Assembly (NCBI GenBank): GCA_977020255.1
Contig: CDROCS010006241.1
Location: forward strand, 248,001 to 312,000
Length of the DNA stretch: 64,000 bases
Direction: 5' to 3'
Source: Obrimoposthia wandeli
Lineage: Eukaryota
Of this stretch, positions 1-10,664 are shown one piece after another (position 1 is the stretch's first letter; every line of letters begins with the position of its first letter). The notes beneath the pieces are model-generated. The model made no database searches. It saw only the letters and a program-made list of their open reading frames with translations, and was not told the DNA's origin. A program made the translations under genes and the position numbers.

Positions 1-33
1 TGCCATTCATAATTCCTTAAATTTTTATTTTTA

Positions 34-1185
34 TTATAGAAAAGTTAAGATGTCATAACTATTAAATTGATTATATTTATTACCAAACCATTTAGATAAG
101 ATAGTATTATAATAGCTTCTATAGTGAGTAGTGTATATTAAATTATTCTTTTTTAGATTATCTAAACTTGGAGCTTTACCATACATTCCACCTTTAACTC
201 TTCCCCCAATTACAAATTGACTAGAAGCAGTTCCATGATCAGTTCCCTCACTTCCATTCTCTTTTACACGTCTACCAAATTCACTATACGTAACAATTAA
301 TACATCATCAAAAAGATTCTCAAGCTTTAGCTCATCAACAAAACTTCTTATTGCACTATCTAATTCTTTTAAAAGTTTGTTTTGTCTTTCTATTTGATTT
401 GCATGTGTATCATATCCATTTTGAGATATTTTTATTACAGGTATATCTATCTTTGATTTTATAAGTTTTACAGCTTCTTTAAAATTATTAGAGATATCAG
501 TTTCTTCAAAATCCGTTTTTACATCAATATCATTTACATATTTTTCTAAAGATACACTTGCGCGTTTAATTGATTTCTCTTCCTTTTTTAGAAAATCTAA
601 ACTACTATTTAACCCAATGTTTGAATTACTCTCATCTAAAGATGAAGCTTTTTGTATAAACTTTTTTATATTCTTAATTTGAAGAATATTTAGATCTTTT
701 GAAAAAAGATAACCTTTCTTTCTTTTTCCAAGTAATATTGCATTTGCAGGTCGAATATCACTTAAATCAAATTTTTGAAGTGTTTGAGATATCCAACCTT
801 CGTCTAAATACTCATTCGATTCGCTTGCTGTTTCAACTATTTCAATTGATCTAAAATGTGATAAATTTGGTTTATCATAACCTAGACCATGAATAATTGC
901 ACAATTCTCTTCTCTGTAAAGTTTCGAAACCCATCTTAGACTTTTATTTAATCCAAAATCTTTTTCTATTTCATTTATTTCTTCTTTTTTTAACCCTATA
1001 GTTGGTCTTAATCTATAATAGTTTTTATCAGTATAAGGAACAACAGTATTTAAACCATCATTCCCTCCATCAAGTTCAAGTAAAATTAACGTTTTTTTAG
1101 AACCACTTTTTGCCCTTATATCAATAGGAAGTAAAACTACACTTGCACAAAATAATGATAATTTTATAAAATTTCTTCTTTGCAT
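34..1185 (-). CDS. DUF1501 domain protein, Tat-exported
   Basis: N-terminal MQRRNFIK twin-arginine motif; LxGGNDGLNT, HFRS, YDTHANQ, SEFGRR and GTDHG motifs; directly downstream of a DUF1800 gene. Confidence 0.85.
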   Translation of the reverse strand: MQRRNFIKLSLFCASVVLLPIDIRAKSGSKKTLILLELDGGNDGLNTVVPYTDKNYYRLRPTIGLKKEEINEIEKDFGLNKSLRWVSKLYREENCAIIHGLGYDKPNLSHFRSIEIVETASESNEYLDEGWISQTLQKFDLSDIRPANAILLGKRKKGYLFSKDLNILQIKNIKKFIQKASSLDESNSNIGLNSSLDFLKKEEKSIKRASVSLEKYVNDIDVKTDFEETDISNNFKEAVKLIKSKIDIPVIKISQNGYDTHANQIERQNKLLKELDSAIRSFVDELKLENLFDDVLIVTYSEFGRRVKENGSEGTDHGTASSQFVIGGRVKGGMYGKAPSLDNLKKNNLIYTTHYRSYYNTILSKWFGNKYNQFNSYDILTFL

Positions 1186-1194
1186 TATATACTC

Positions 1195-2529
1195 CTATTT
1201 CAAATTATAAATTGGTTTTGCTAAAAGAGTCATATAACTCTTCTTCGTATTTTTAAAAGCAAATTTATCACTTATATTTAATGCATAAAAATAGTTTTTA
1301 AAATCATTAAAGTCATTAATTTTTAGTACTTTTATATTCTTATTATTTACTCTTCTTTTAATAGCTAATTTAATAAATTCACTTCTACTAACTAAAGAAG
1401 TTGAATCTATCCAAGATTTCCCTTGTATCCAACCTTTTACATTTGGTGGATTAAATAAATCTTGTCCTAAATTTCTTGCTGTTTTAGTTATAAAGTTATA
1501 GTCTTTTTGTTTAGGTTTAATATTCAAACTCTTAACTAAAGAAGTAATTAGTTCTATTGGAGACTTAATCATATTCCCCATATTTTCCTTTGCCCAAAAT
1601 TCTTTTGATAAAAGTAAATTTTTCATTAATATTGAAATATCATAATTATTTTCTCTAAATATTAAAGCTAATCTTTCGACCTCACCTATTTTAAATTTTT
1701 CATTGATAAACTCTTTATACAACTTTTGAACAATAAACTTAGATACTTGCTCTTGTTTTAAAACTATATTTAGAATATCATTTCCATCAAAGTTTCCAGT
1801 CTGTTTTTTAAAAGTTTTAATTCCATTATCATGATGTCTTTTAACCAATTTTGATGTAGCTTTTTTTCTATTAACCCTAAGTCCAGTAAATGCTCTTGCC
1901 GCTTCTTTTACATCATTTTCAGTATAGTTGCCCTCACCTAAGGTAAAAAGCTCTAAAAGCTCTCTTGCATAGTTTTCATTTGGATGAGATTTTTTATTTG
2001 AATTACTGTCAAGATATACTAACATTGCCATATCATTTGAACTTTTATATAAAAGTTCATCAAATTTCCCTAAAGCATTTTTTCTATAAAGCATATTTTG
2101 CTCAAACATCATAGAAGGAGATTTTACAACTTTGTATTCACTAGTAAAGTGATTATGCCAAAAAAGAGTCATTCTTTCTCTAAAAGAAAAGGCAGAATCA
2201 AAAATCATTTCATACCACCAAATTCGTATTTCTTGCATTTTCTTATTTCTTTTTTTTCTTAAAACTTTTTTTTCTTCTCGTGATAACTCTTTAAACTTGC
2301 CATCAAATACAGAAGTCTCTTTTATATTACGTGGTTTTCGATAGATATCATTTGATTTTGCATTTTTAATTAAAAAATTAACAGCTTCATTTTTAGAGAA
2401 TTTTTGAAATTTTATTAAGTCATTTTTTGTATATCCAAAAGATGTACGATTTAATAAATGTTTTGTTTCATCTAAAGTTAAAGAAAATGCAGAAAAGGAA
2501 AGAAATAAAAGAAAAAGTACCAAACGCAT
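1195..2529 (-). CDS. DUF1800 family protein
   Basis: Signal peptide; HLLNRTSFG, ERMTLFWHNHF, NENYARELLELFTLG and PPNVKGW motifs. Confidence 0.85.
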   Translation of the reverse strand: MRLVLFLLFLSFSAFSLTLDETKHLLNRTSFGYTKNDLIKFQKFSKNEAVNFLIKNAKSNDIYRKPRNIKETSVFDGKFKELSREEKKVLRKKRNKKMQEIRIWWYEMIFDSAFSFRERMTLFWHNHFTSEYKVVKSPSMMFEQNMLYRKNALGKFDELLYKSSNDMAMLVYLDSNSNKKSHPNENYARELLELFTLGEGNYTENDVKEAARAFTGLRVNRKKATSKLVKRHHDNGIKTFKKQTGNFDGNDILNIVLKQEQVSKFIVQKLYKEFINEKFKIGEVERLALIFRENNYDISILMKNLLLSKEFWAKENMGNMIKSPIELITSLVKSLNIKPKQKDYNFITKTARNLGQDLFNPPNVKGWIQGKSWIDSTSLVSRSEFIKLAIKRRVNNKNIKVLKINDFNDFKNYFYALNISDKFAFKNTKKSYMTLLAKPIYNLK

Positions 2530-2594
2530 AAAAACTCCTTGAAGTTTATAAGTCTATTATACAATTGTGAGTTTAATGTGGATTTAATTATATA

Positions 2595-2619
2595 AGATAA
2601 AAGGAAAATCCTTTTATCT
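2595..2619. terminator. Hairpin at the 3' end of uraA
   Basis: AGATAAAAGGA-AAA-TCCTTTTATCT, 11-bp perfect stem overlapping the stop codon. Confidence 0.55.
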
Positions 2620-3868
2620 ATATATTATCATCATCTTTTCTAGGTTGTGGCAAAATTAAATTTAAAACAACACCTGTAATTGCTCCAAGTCCAATACCAG
2701 AGAAGGGTACTCCTCCAAAATTAAATGTCATACCACCAATAGAAAATACTAAAATCATTGAAACAATAACCATATTTCGAGGACAAGAGAAATCTACTTT
2801 TGCTCTTGTTAAAGTTGAGATACCTAAAGATGCAATAATTCCAAATAGAAGTAACATAATTCCACCCATAACTGGAACTGGAATAGTAGCTAGTAAACCA
2901 CCTAGTTTACCAATAAAAGCTAATAAAATTGCAGCAATTGCAGCCCAAGTCATAATTGCAGGATTATATGCTTTTGTAATAGTAACTGCACCTGTAACTT
3001 CTGAATAAGTTGTATTTGGTGGACCACCAAATAATGACGCAATAGAAGTTGCTAATCCATCACCAAGTAAAGTATTTTTCAAACCTGGCTTTTTTAAATA
3101 ATCTTGTTTTGTAACATTTGAAATTGCCAGCATATCACCAATATGTTCAATAGCTGGAGCAATTGCAATTGGTAAAATAAATATTATTGCTTGCCAATTA
3201 AATTCAGGAGTTGTAAAACTTGGAATTGAGAACCAAGAAGCATTAGAAACTGAAGAGAAATCAACTATTCCAAAGAATAATGCAACAATATACCCAATAA
3301 CAATACCACCCAAAATAGGAATTAATTTAAAAATTCCTTTTCCAAGTAATGAAATAAATACAGTAGTAAAAAGTGCAACCATTGAAATAATAATAGCTTG
3401 TTCAAAAGGCACTAATTGTATTGAACCATCACCAGTTTTCCCCATAGCCATAAACACTGCAACTGGAGATAAGATAAGTCCGATAGACATAATAACAGGA
3501 CCTACAACAATTGCCGGAAGTAATTTATGTAAAAATCCATCACCTTTAATTCTAATTAAAAAACTTAATAAAATATACATCAAACCAGCAGCAACTAATC
3601 CTGACATAGTAGCAGCAATTCCCCAAGTTTTAACACCATGAGAAATAGGAGCAATAAAAGCAAAAGATGAAGCTAGAAAAATAGGAGGAATTGCACCTCT
3701 GTTTACAAATTGAAAGACCAGAGTACCAATACCGGCGGTAAATAGTGCAACATTTGGGTCAAGTCCAGTTAAAATTGGTACAAGTACTAATGCACCAAAA
3801 GCAACAAACAGAAACTGAATACCTAAGATAGAGTCTTTAACTCTAAAGTTATAATCTGTGGGTTTCAT
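2618..3868 (-). CDS. uraA: NCS2 family uracil permease
   Basis: QFLFVAFGALVLVP, EHIGD and GGPPNTTYSE motifs; divergent from upp; start moved to ATG 3868 (MKPTDY) behind an AAGAGG RBS. Confidence 0.85.
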   Translation of the reverse strand: MKPTDYNFRVKDSILGIQFLFVAFGALVLVPILTGLDPNVALFTAGIGTLVFQFVNRGAIPPIFLASSFAFIAPISHGVKTWGIAATMSGLVAAGLMYILLSFLIRIKGDGFLHKLLPAIVVGPVIMSIGLILSPVAVFMAMGKTGDGSIQLVPFEQAIIISMVALFTTVFISLLGKGIFKLIPILGGIVIGYIVALFFGIVDFSSVSNASWFSIPSFTTPEFNWQAIIFILPIAIAPAIEHIGDMLAISNVTKQDYLKKPGLKNTLLGDGLATSIASLFGGPPNTTYSEVTGAVTITKAYNPAIMTWAAIAAILLAFIGKLGGLLATIPVPVMGGIMLLLFGIIASLGISTLTRAKVDFSCPRNMVIVSMILVFSIGGMTFNFGGVPFSGIGLGAITGVVLNLILPQPRKDDDNI

Positions 3869-3999
3869 ACGTCCTCTTATAATAGAAAAATTTGACAATA
3901 ATATCTAAAGTATGGTTAAAAGCGTGTAAATTAATATGCAATTTATAAGCAATTTTTAGATAATATATATTTAGAATAACCAAAATAATAGGATATATT

Positions 4000-4623
4000 A
4001 TGTATAAAGAAAGTACAAATGTAGTTGTAAAACATTTAGTAAATAGATTAAGAGATGTTAGAACTGCTTCAAACGAATTTAGACTTACAATTGAAGAAAT
4101 TTCAAGAATTATTGCTGCAGAAGCATTAACAGATTTTCCAACAGTATCACAAAATATTAATACTTGGCAAGGACCACTAGACGTTCAAATGCTAGAGGTT
4201 CAAAAACTAGTTTTAGTTCCAATTTTAAGAGCTGGGGAACCAATGCTTACAGGGATTCTTAAAACTTTACCATATGCAAGAAGTGGATTTTTAGCTATGA
4301 AAAGAGATGAAGAAACTTCTGAGTCAAAATTATTTTATGAAAATATTCCATCACTTAAAGATAAAACAGTTTTATTATTAGACCCAATGATTGCAACTGG
4401 TGGTTCTTTAATTGATGGAATTGATTTCCTAAAATCAAAAGGTGCAAAAAAGATTTTATCACTAAATGTATTGGGAGCTCCAGAAGGTATTAAAAGAGTT
4501 CAAGAGGCACACCCTGATGTAGATATTTATATTGCTCAAATTGATGAAAGATTAGATGAGAGTAATTACATTAGACCAGGGCTAGGAGATGCGGGAGATA
4601 GAGCTTTTAATACAAACGAATAA
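4000..4623 (+). CDS. upp: Uracil phosphoribosyltransferase
   Basis: VPILRAG, PRPP loop LLDPMIATGGS, C-terminal YIRPGLGDAGDR. Confidence 0.95.
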   Translation: MYKESTNVVVKHLVNRLRDVRTASNEFRLTIEEISRIIAAEALTDFPTVSQNINTWQGPLDVQMLEVQKLVLVPILRAGEPMLTGILKTLPYARSGFLAMKRDEETSESKLFYENIPSLKDKTVLLLDPMIATGGSLIDGIDFLKSKGAKKILSLNVLGAPEGIKRVQEAHPDVDIYIAQIDERLDESNYIRPGLGDAGDRAFNTNE

Positions 4624-5385
4624 TTAAAACTCTAAAGGGTTTGGATATTTATATCTAAATCCTAACTTTTCTATTTTACTTCCATCTACGATTCTATTTT
4701 TATACTCTTTTTCGTTTTCAAAAATTGATTCTTTAAAATCATATTTTTTCGCATTTCTTAAATATACTTCTTTTCTATTTGGATGTATTGGGGCACACAA
4801 ATTAAAAATTCCATTTAAATTATTTTCTATTGTAAACAAAGTAGCGTCAAGTACATCATCTCTATGTATATAATTTACTTTTACATTTGCACTATCTAAA
4901 ACTTTTCCTGAAAAATACTTACCTGCAATTCTATTGTATCCCATGAGCCCTGCACATCTAAAAATCACGTCTGTTTGTTCTTTTATTAATTCTTCTGCAT
5001 CAAAAACTATTTTTGAAATAGGATTATGGATTTTTAAACTCTCTTTTAAAATTAAATCAACATCGGGATAAATAGATGTTGAACTTATAAAAAATATTTT
5101 TTTGATTTTTGATTTAGAGATTGAAGTGTAAATCTTTTCTAAAAAGTATAAATAATCTTTAAATTTAGAAGGTGGAAAATTTATAAATAAATAATCAGTA
5201 TCTAAAAGTTTATCAAGATTATCATAATTTTCTTCACTTAATAAATAAGGGTAAAAACCCTCATTTATTAATTCCTTTTCTTTTTTCTCATCTCTAATAG
5301 ATACTTTTACTAAAAAATCTTTTTTTAATTTTTTAGCTAAGGTGAAACCCAACCAACCAGTACCTAAAATAGAAAAAGTTTTCAT
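4624..5385 (-). CDS. NAD(P)-binding SDR/epimerase-like protein (YeeZ-like)
   Basis: Rossmann ILGTGWLG, FISSTSIY, VNYIHRDD; start overlaps the upstream channel stop (TAATG). Confidence 0.7.
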   Translation of the reverse strand: MKTFSILGTGWLGFTLAKKLKKDFLVKVSIRDEKKEKELINEGFYPYLLSEENYDNLDKLLDTDYLFINFPPSKFKDYLYFLEKIYTSISKSKIKKIFFISSTSIYPDVDLILKESLKIHNPISKIVFDAEELIKEQTDVIFRCAGLMGYNRIAGKYFSGKVLDSANVKVNYIHRDDVLDATLFTIENNLNGIFNLCAPIHPNRKEVYLRNAKKYDFKESIFENEKEYKNRIVDGSKIEKLGFRYKYPNPLEF

Positions 5386-6185
5386 TACTCTTTTTTCTTT
5401 AAATCTTGTACTTCTTCTCTTAAAGCTTTTATTTCAGTAAGTAATAAATCTAATTTAAGATGATCTTCATGCATCTCTTCTTTCATATCAGCTTCTTGAA
5501 GTTTTTGCATTTCACCAATAATTACTGCAACAAAAAGATTGAAAAATACAAATGCAGCAATAATTACAAAGGAAACAAAATAAATCCATGCCCACGAATG
5601 AAGTGTCATAGCTTCATACATAACATCAGTCCAGTCTTCAAAAGTAAGTACTCTAAAGAGAGTAAGCATAGATACTAAGAAGTCTTTCCATAAACCAGAA
5701 GGTAGTTCACTAAAATAAAAGTTTCCAACAATTGCATAAATATAAAAGATTATAAACATAAGTATTACAATATCAATAATTGAAGGGATAGCTTTAATAA
5801 GCATATCTATTATAGCTTTTAACTCAGGACGTGAAGTAAAGAGTCTTAATACTCTAAATACTCTTAATACCCTTGCAATTGCCGCAAAACCAGATTGTTC
5901 TAGAGGTAATAGAGTAACTACTACAATAATAAAATCAAATAAATTCCATCCATTTTTAAAAAAGTTAACAAACTTTTTTTCTGCAATCATTTTAATAGCA
6001 AGTTCAAAAATAAAATATAAAGTTACAAAATAATCAGCTAATTTTAAAAATATTGCATAAGTTGTCTCAACTTCACCCATAGTTTTAAAACCAAGAACAG
6101 AAGCATAAGCAATAATGATTATAGTTGTTAGATTAGAAAACCACCTAGCATCACGTATTTCTTCTATTCTCTGCATAGTTGTCAT
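5385..6185 (-). CDS. Bacterial voltage-gated cation channel (BacNav/ion_trans family)
   Basis: Six hydrophobic segments, S3 WNLFDF, S4 RVLRVFRVLR with four Arg, filter TFEDWTD, C-terminal coiled coil; start set at ATG 6185 behind an AAGGA RBS. Confidence 0.9.
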   Translation of the reverse strand: MTTMQRIEEIRDARWFSNLTTIIIIAYASVLGFKTMGEVETTYAIFLKLADYFVTLYFIFELAIKMIAEKKFVNFFKNGWNLFDFIIVVVTLLPLEQSGFAAIARVLRVFRVLRLFTSRPELKAIIDMLIKAIPSIIDIVILMFIIFYIYAIVGNFYFSELPSGLWKDFLVSMLTLFRVLTFEDWTDVMYEAMTLHSWAWIYFVSFVIIAAFVFFNLFVAVIIGEMQKLQEADMKEEMHEDHLKLDLLLTEIKALREEVQDLKKKE

Positions 6186-6189
6186 ATAT

Positions 6190-6576
6190 TTAATCCTTAT
6201 AGATTGAAATTGATAATAAAATCCACGCAATTATTAATAAGGTACCACCGATTGGCGTAATTGCGCCCAAAATTGGAATATTTAGAATTGCTAACAAGTA
6301 TAAAGAAAATGAAAAAATAATCATTCCAATTAATATAAGCCAAGAAGCAATAACAACTTTTTTAGAATTTGGTTTTAAATACATTATAAAAGAAGCAGCA
6401 AATAGCCCTAATGTATTATAAAAATGATAGTCAACACCTGTAGTGTAAATTTTCATCATTGAATCATCAATTATAGCTTTTAATCCATGAGCACCAAAGG
6501 CACCAATTGCAATAGCTAAAGCCATCATTATTGAAGCAATTGATAAAAACTTTTTAACATTTTTTTCTAATATCAT
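6190..6576 (-). CDS. DUF423 (YgdD-like) membrane protein
   Basis: GAFGAHGL, YHFYNTLGL and GAITPIGG motifs. Confidence 0.85.
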   Translation of the reverse strand: MILEKNVKKFLSIASIMMALAIAIGAFGAHGLKAIIDDSMMKIYTTGVDYHFYNTLGLFAASFIMYLKPNSKKVVIASWLILIGMIIFSFSLYLLAILNIPILGAITPIGGTLLIIAWILLSISIYKD

Positions 6577-6802
6577 AATATATATTCCCTATCTTTTTTG
6601 GGAATAATATCAAAAAAAAGTTAATGAAAGTTTAATTTAAATATATAAAAGGAGAAGGATTCATAACTTCTACTTATTTTTTCTATAATTTTATTTCAAA
6701 CATCCTAATTCATTAAAAAAATAATATAATTATATGAAACTTTATTCTTTATAAAATAAAATATTCGATACTTTAAAAGTCACTCTTTTGTCACTAAAAT
6801 AA

Positions 6803-6835
6803 TTTTTATCATTTATTTTTATCATTTATTTTTAT
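6803..6835. repeat. Short tandem repeat, 13-bp unit TTTTTATCATTTA, about 2.5 copies
   Basis: Units start at 6803, 6816 and 6829 (partial), in the intergenic region upstream of the EAL gene. Confidence 0.6.
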
Positions 6836-6992
6836 ATAAGAGCACGATATAATAGTCCTATGTAATTTTAGATTTAAAATTAATAATTTTTTTAATTTTT
6901 GCTTAAGTTGAAATTTATTTTTAATACAATAAGATTAAAACTTCATTTTAAAATATCCCACATAAATTAATAATAAAGATTTAGGAGAATTA

Positions 6993-9122
6993 ATGTTTGT
7001 AAACAATAGTGAAATTGATCATCATTCAGATTTTGATGAAATTTCCAAAAATACTATTAAAGAAAAAGAGTATATTAATTATTTAGAAAAATTCAAATTT
7101 CTTTATAATGAAGCACCTTTACCTTATCAATCATTAAATACTCAAGGAAATATTCTAACAATAAATAAAAAATGGTCAGAACTACTAGGATATGAAGAGA
7201 AAGAAGTTATTGGAACAAATATTTTCAATTATATATGTAAAGAAGATTCGAGACGGCTAAAAAAACAATTAAAAAAAATCTTACAAGATAAAAAAGTTAA
7301 AAACTTTATATTAAAAATGATTACAAAAGAGAAAATAAAAGTTTATGTAAGTATCGATGGAATTATTTGTAAAAATGCGTCAGGAACCGAAGCTCACTGT
7401 ATTTTACAAAATATTACACAAAAAAGAATAAATCAAAATAAAATCAAACAAGCTTTAGTTGTATTTGAGAATACAAACGAAGGAATTATAATAACTAATA
7501 AGAAGAATAATATCATATCTGTAAATAATGCATTTACAAGAATTACTGGATATTCAGAAAAAGATATAAAAGGAAAGAATCCTAATATTTTAAGATCTTC
7601 AAAACATGATAATGAATTTTATGAAAAAATGTGGGAAGAACTAAACAATAATGATTCTTGGACTGGAGAAATTTTTAATAGAAATAAAAGTGGAAAAATA
7701 TATCCAGAATGGCTTAATATAAATATCATTAGAAATGAAAATGGTGAGATTGAAAATTATATAGCATTATTTTCCGATATCACAAAAATAAAAGAATCAG
7801 AATCAATGATTTCTTATCTAACTCACAATGATGCTCTTACAAACCTCCCAAATAGGCTTCTTTTAACAGCAAGATTAAAATATTCAATGGAAAGAGCATA
7901 TGAAAACTATTCTAATTTAGCAGTTATTTCAATAGATATTAACAACCTAAAAAATATAAATGATAGTTATGGATATATTATAGGTGATAAAACTATTGTA
8001 ATTTTAGCAAAAAGACTAAAACAAATAATTAAACATGAAGACACGTTAGCAAGAGTTGCAGGTAATGAATTTATTATCGTTCTAGAAAAGACAGGTAATG
8101 CAGAAGTTATAAAATCTATTGTTGATAGAATTTTCAATACAATAAAAGAAGAGATACTTATAAAGGATAATGTAATTACTATTTCTGCATGTTTAGGAAT
8201 TTCAATTTATCCTAATCATGGTATAGTTTCAGATAATTTATTAAAACACTCAGAAACAGCTTTACATAATGCGAAAAAACTTGGAAACTATCAATATAAA
8301 TTTTATAGTGAATATATGACTAACGAAGCAATAAAAAAACTAAAAACAGAAAATGCTATCAAAAGTGCTATTAAAAATAAAGAATTTGAAGTTTTTTACC
8401 AACCACAAATAGATATAAAATCAAAACAAATAATTGGGGCAGAAGCGCTATTAAGATGGAATAATAAAGAACAAGGAATTTTGACTCCTGATAAATTTAT
8501 AGACTATTTAGAATCATCAGAAAATATTATTGAAGTTGGAAAACAAGTATTAAATGATGCCTGTTCATTTTTTAGATATCTAAATGAAAAGAATATTTTG
8601 CCATATGGAAAAGTTGCAGTAAACTTATCGTCGGTACAAATAAATAAAACTAATATTGTTGAGACTATAAAAGAAGTATTAAAACAGACAAAACTTAATC
8701 CTAAAAATCTAGAATTAGAAGTTGTGGAAAGTTCCATTATTAGAAATCCAAGTGAAGCAATCACACTATTTGAACAATTGAAGAAATTAAATGTAAAACT
8801 TGCAATTGATGATTTTGGGACAGGATATTCTTCTTTAAGCTATATTAAGCAATTTCCAATTAATAAACTAAAAATTGACAAATCATTTATTACTGATGTT
8901 GCTAAAAATCAAAAAGATAAAGCAATTGTAAAAACTATTGTCGAATTAGGAAAAGGGCTAAGCTTAAAAGTAATTGCAGAAGGTGTTGAAACTAAAGAAC
9001 AAGAAAAATATTTAAATGAACACACAAGTTGTGATGAAATTCAAGGTTGGCTATATTCTAAAGCCTTAAATGAAAACGACTTTAAAGAATATATTATAAA
9101 ACACAAAAAAATGTATAACTAA
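6993..9122 (+). CDS. PAS-PAS-GGDEF(degenerate)-EAL protein, probable c-di-GMP phosphodiesterase
   Basis: Two PAS domains; GGDEF position reads AGNEF; intact EALLRW and DDFGTGYSS. Confidence 0.9.
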   Translation: MFVNNSEIDHHSDFDEISKNTIKEKEYINYLEKFKFLYNEAPLPYQSLNTQGNILTINKKWSELLGYEEKEVIGTNIFNYICKEDSRRLKKQLKKILQDKKVKNFILKMITKEKIKVYVSIDGIICKNASGTEAHCILQNITQKRINQNKIKQALVVFENTNEGIIITNKKNNIISVNNAFTRITGYSEKDIKGKNPNILRSSKHDNEFYEKMWEELNNNDSWTGEIFNRNKSGKIYPEWLNINIIRNENGEIENYIALFSDITKIKESESMISYLTHNDALTNLPNRLLLTARLKYSMERAYENYSNLAVISIDINNLKNINDSYGYIIGDKTIVILAKRLKQIIKHEDTLARVAGNEFIIVLEKTGNAEVIKSIVDRIFNTIKEEILIKDNVITISACLGISIYPNHGIVSDNLLKHSETALHNAKKLGNYQYKFYSEYMTNEAIKKLKTENAIKSAIKNKEFEVFYQPQIDIKSKQIIGAEALLRWNNKEQGILTPDKFIDYLESSENIIEVGKQVLNDACSFFRYLNEKNILPYGKVAVNLSSVQINKTNIVETIKEVLKQTKLNPKNLELEVVESSIIRNPSEAITLFEQLKKLNVKLAIDDFGTGYSSLSYIKQFPINKLKIDKSFITDVAKNQKDKAIVKTIVELGKGLSLKVIAEGVETKEQEKYLNEHTSCDEIQGWLYSKALNENDFKEYIIKHKKMYN

Positions 9123-9125
9123 CTA

Positions 9126-10664
9126 TTATTCAGAGTTGGCTTCTTCTTTTATAGATGCACAATTTTCTCTTTTTGTTTTCTGTATTGTCCAAAACACATC
9201 AGAAATAGCTTTATCTATATTTAATGCAGTATTTAACATACTTGAAATATTATCGTTTGCATTATCTTCAATTACACTTTGAACTTCATTATGTACATTA
9301 AAATGAACTTCTTTTAAATGAGCCCAGTTTTCAGTCTTTGTAAATATCTTATTTTCTCTTTCTTGTTCAATTATCCATTTACCTAAATTACATTCAGTTT
9401 CAGATTTAACTTTCCAAATAGTTTTAGAGTCTAATTGCTTACAATTAGTATCTTTGAAATTAATATGATCAAGTTTTAAACTATTTAAAGTAAACATTAA
9501 ATCTATATCACAAACTTGTTCTCTTGCGTCTTTTAAATAAGTTGTTTTATTCACAACATCAACTAATTTTTTTGATAAACACTCTATATGATTACTTTGT
9601 GAATTTATTTGAGATGCCGCTGCTGCGTTTTGTTGTGTTGTTTGATCTAATTCTGTTACCGCATCATTTATTTGTTCAATTGCTTGCTTTTGCTCACTAC
9701 TTGCATTTGAAACTTCTTTTATAATTTCAAGTTGATTTTCTATATTCTTATTTAGATCAGAATATCCTTCAATCATATTTTCTGCAATACCTTTACCTTC
9801 AATAGCTTTTTCTTTTGCTTTATGCACTATTGCTGTGATTTCTTTTGCAGCATTAGCACTTCTTGTTGCAAGATTTCTTACTTCTTGAGCTACGACTGCA
9901 AAACCTTTTCCAGCTTCACCAGCAGTTGCAGCTTCCACAGCAGCATTTAGAGAAAGGATATTTGTTTGAAATGCAATTTGATCAATTATTGCAGTTGCAT
10001 TTTCAATAGAACTTACTTCAATATTAATATCATCCATAGATTTAAATGTATTATTTGCTAACTCTTCACCTTTTGTAGCAGATTTGTTTACTTCTTCTGA
10101 GAGTAATGCCATTTTTGCAGTATTTTCACTTGTATTTATGATCGTGCTAGTAACTTCTTCAAGAGCAGCAGCAGTTTCTTCTAAACTAGCTGCTTGTTGA
10201 TTTGAAGCTGTAGCCAATGTATTGGAAGCATCAGATAGTTGAATCATTTCAGTATGAAGTTCTTCAGAAGTCATATCCAATAATGCCAATAATTCGGAAA
10301 TACTACTTCCTAAGGCCCTAATGCCTAAAATAATCGAACCAATTTTTCCACTTAAGCCCTCAGTTTCTACATGAAATTCAAAATTTGCATTTCCATACTC
10401 AATAAGAGTTTTAATACTTCTATCTGCTAACTTTGAATTATTTGTTAATGCATTATTTAAATTCTCTTTTATAGAAGTTAATTTTTCTTTTGAAGATGAG
10501 TTTTTGACTTTTATTCCATAAAAGCCTTTTTCAAATTTGAGTAATACTTGATTTATTTCATCTAAGAATATATCTTCAGATTTTTTTTCTGATTCTAATT
10601 CCTCTATTCTCTTTTTTAATTTAGCAATTTCTTCATCTTTTACTTTATTATTTCCAAAAAACAT
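9126..10664 (-). CDS. Soluble methyl-accepting chemotaxis protein with C-terminal CZB domain
   Basis: MCP core [30 protein letters not shown]; CZB-type DHINFK, CNLGKW, HFNVH; no TM segment. Confidence 0.85.
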   Translation of the reverse strand: MFFGNNKVKDEEIAKLKKRIEELESEKKSEDIFLDEINQVLLKFEKGFYGIKVKNSSSKEKLTSIKENLNNALTNNSKLADRSIKTLIEYGNANFEFHVETEGLSGKIGSIILGIRALGSSISELLALLDMTSEELHTEMIQLSDASNTLATASNQQAASLEETAAALEEVTSTIINTSENTAKMALLSEEVNKSATKGEELANNTFKSMDDINIEVSSIENATAIIDQIAFQTNILSLNAAVEAATAGEAGKGFAVVAQEVRNLATRSANAAKEITAIVHKAKEKAIEGKGIAENMIEGYSDLNKNIENQLEIIKEVSNASSEQKQAIEQINDAVTELDQTTQQNAAAASQINSQSNHIECLSKKLVDVVNKTTYLKDAREQVCDIDLMFTLNSLKLDHINFKDTNCKQLDSKTIWKVKSETECNLGKWIIEQERENKIFTKTENWAHLKEVHFNVHNEVQSVIEDNANDNISSMLNTALNIDKAISDVFWTIQKTKRENCASIKEEANSE

